Positions 62,320 through 64,000 of a stretch of DNA of 64,000 bases are shown here, in pieces. Origin of the DNA: Leucoraja ocellata (taxonomy: Eukaryota); assembly GCA_036785375.1 (NCBI GenBank), contig JAWMAR010000424.1, positions 310,001-374,000 on the forward strand, in the 5' to 3' direction. Numbering within the stretch: the first letter of the stretch is position 1; each line of letters starts with the position of its first letter. The position numbers and the translations under genes were made by a program. The notes under the pieces are model-generated. The model made no database searches. It saw only the letters and a program-made list of their open reading frames with translations, and was not told the origin of the DNA.

Positions 62320-63640
62320 AAATTTGTTTTAAAATATTTTTATTAGAAGTAGTGTACAATAATATAAGACATGAATAACATATTACATTTCATGTACAAC
62401 TTCTTATTTTAAATTTAATAGTAAAAAAGAAGAGTAAGAAAAGCAAGAAATAGAGAGGAAGAGAAAATTATATAAAGTAGTAATATTGTTAATCCGTGAA
62501 AAAATAGGGGGAAAAAAGAGCTCACAAGGCCTTATAGCCCGAAAGAAAACAAGAAGGTGATGTGAAATAAGAAAGAAAAGGAATAGAGAAGAAAAAAAGA
62601 GAAGAAAAAAGAGAAAATGAAAGGGATATACCTACTTCGTATCTTTACCCACCCCTCACCCAGTTCTGAAACAGTTAATTTCTAAGTTTGCGTTGCACCA
62701 TATGCTTGTAATAAGTTGATAAAGGGAGACCAAATCTTTAAGAATTGGTCTGATTTGCCTGATAGGATTAATTTTTCTGTTGCAATTCTAAAGGGGAATT
62801 TTAAAAGGAGAGCAATCCTCTTTCTGCATTATTATCCAGTCTACTTGTTGAGCAGACTTGTCCAACCCATGAATTGCATTTTTGATCTCATATCTTCAAG
62901 ATGTAACATTTCCGACATGTTTGAAATCCACATTTTGAGCGTTGGTGTGGGTGCATTTTTCCAGAATTTAAGTATGTTTTTTTGCCGTTATTAAGCCATA
63001 ATTAAGGAGACATTTTTGAAACAAAGTCAGCTTACAGTCTTCCATTGATCCAAAGATAATCAGTTCTGTATTGGGGTTCAATTTTATTTTAAATAATTTT
63101 GTAAAAATTCCAAAGATTTCATTCCAAAATGTATGAAGTTTTATGCAAGAGACAAAAGAGTGTACTATAGCAGCATTTTGAGATAAGCATTTATCACAGA
63201 TGGGAGAAACATTTGGAAAAATGGTTTATTCAGTTTGGTTTTTGAGTAATATAATCTATGTAAAATTTTAAATTGAATTAAGTTACGTTTTACATTAATC
63301 GAGCATTTATGTACATATAGCAAGTATTTTTCCCATCTGTCATTCGGAATTTTTATAGATAATTCTTGTTCCCAGTCCATTCTAATAGCCTCTGACGATG
63401 GTATTTCTATATTTAAAATGATGTTATACAAATATGATATTAAATTACTTGATTCCGCTTTTCTGTTCATTCCTTCATCTAATAGATCTGAGGTTAAGGT
63501 TTGATATTCTTGCGTGTGTTTCTTCAAGTAATCTCGGATTTGTAGGTATTTGAAATATTGATTACTTTTCAGGTTGTATTTTAGTTGTAGTTGTTGAAAT
63601 GATAAAAGGTTTACCATTTCATACATGTCTCCAAACGTTT
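62320..63640 (-). mobile_element. L1/Tx1-type LINE 3' region
   Basis: FKYLQIRDYL..WEQEL..LIQFKILHRLY; aataaa plus A tail. Confidence 0.8.
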
Positions 63641-64000
63641 TAGAAACATAGAAATTAGGTGCAGGAGTAGGCCATTCGGCCCTTCGAGCCTGCACCGCCA
63701 TTCAATATGATCATGGCTGATCATCCAACTCAGTATCCTGTACCTGCCTTCTCTCCATACCCTCTGATCCCCTTAGCCACAAGGGCCACATCTAACTCCC
63801 TCTTAAATATAGCCAATGAACTGGCCTCAACTACCCTCTGTGGCAGAGAGTTCCAGAGATTCACCACTCTCTGTGTGAAAAAAGTTCTCCTCATCTTGGT
63901 TTTAAAGGATTTCCCCCTTATCCTTAAGCTGTGACCCCTTGTCCTGGACTTCCCCAACATCGGGAACAATCTTCCTGCATCTAGCCTGACCAACCCCTTA
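63641..64000 (-). mobile_element. CR1-B 3' fragment
   Basis: ORF 63730-63993. Confidence 0.85.

Overview
Repeat-dense vertebrate genomic DNA. The CR1/Rex1/Penelope/HE1-type V-SINE content suggests a cartilaginous fish, probably a skate (inference). There is a 200-N assembly gap at 18031-18230. Most long ORFs in the track are retroelement remnants: CR1 LINEs of several ages, Gypsy, BEL/Pao, Rex1/Babar, L1/Tx1, RTE and Penelope. There are also DNA transposons (Harbinger-like MITE, a 7-bp-TSD hAT-like element, a Helitron) and a degenerate tRNA-Asp. Hidden among the repeats is a minus-strand spliced gene built entirely of symmetric phase-1 exons. It encodes a B7/B7-H6-like Ig C1 domain, a TM exon (plus a second candidate TM exon), a 78-nt linker, two copies of a disulfide-less C1-derived domain and eight intact 90-nt acidic micro-exons. 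These 13 exons splice into 2067 nt (689 codons) with no stop, and the post-TM part was expanded by segmental duplication. Left of the gap, an inverted copy of the same duplication unit lacks the Ig-like exon and is followed by a plausible terminal exon on the + strand. Exon boundaries were read base by base; most repeat boundaries are approximate.
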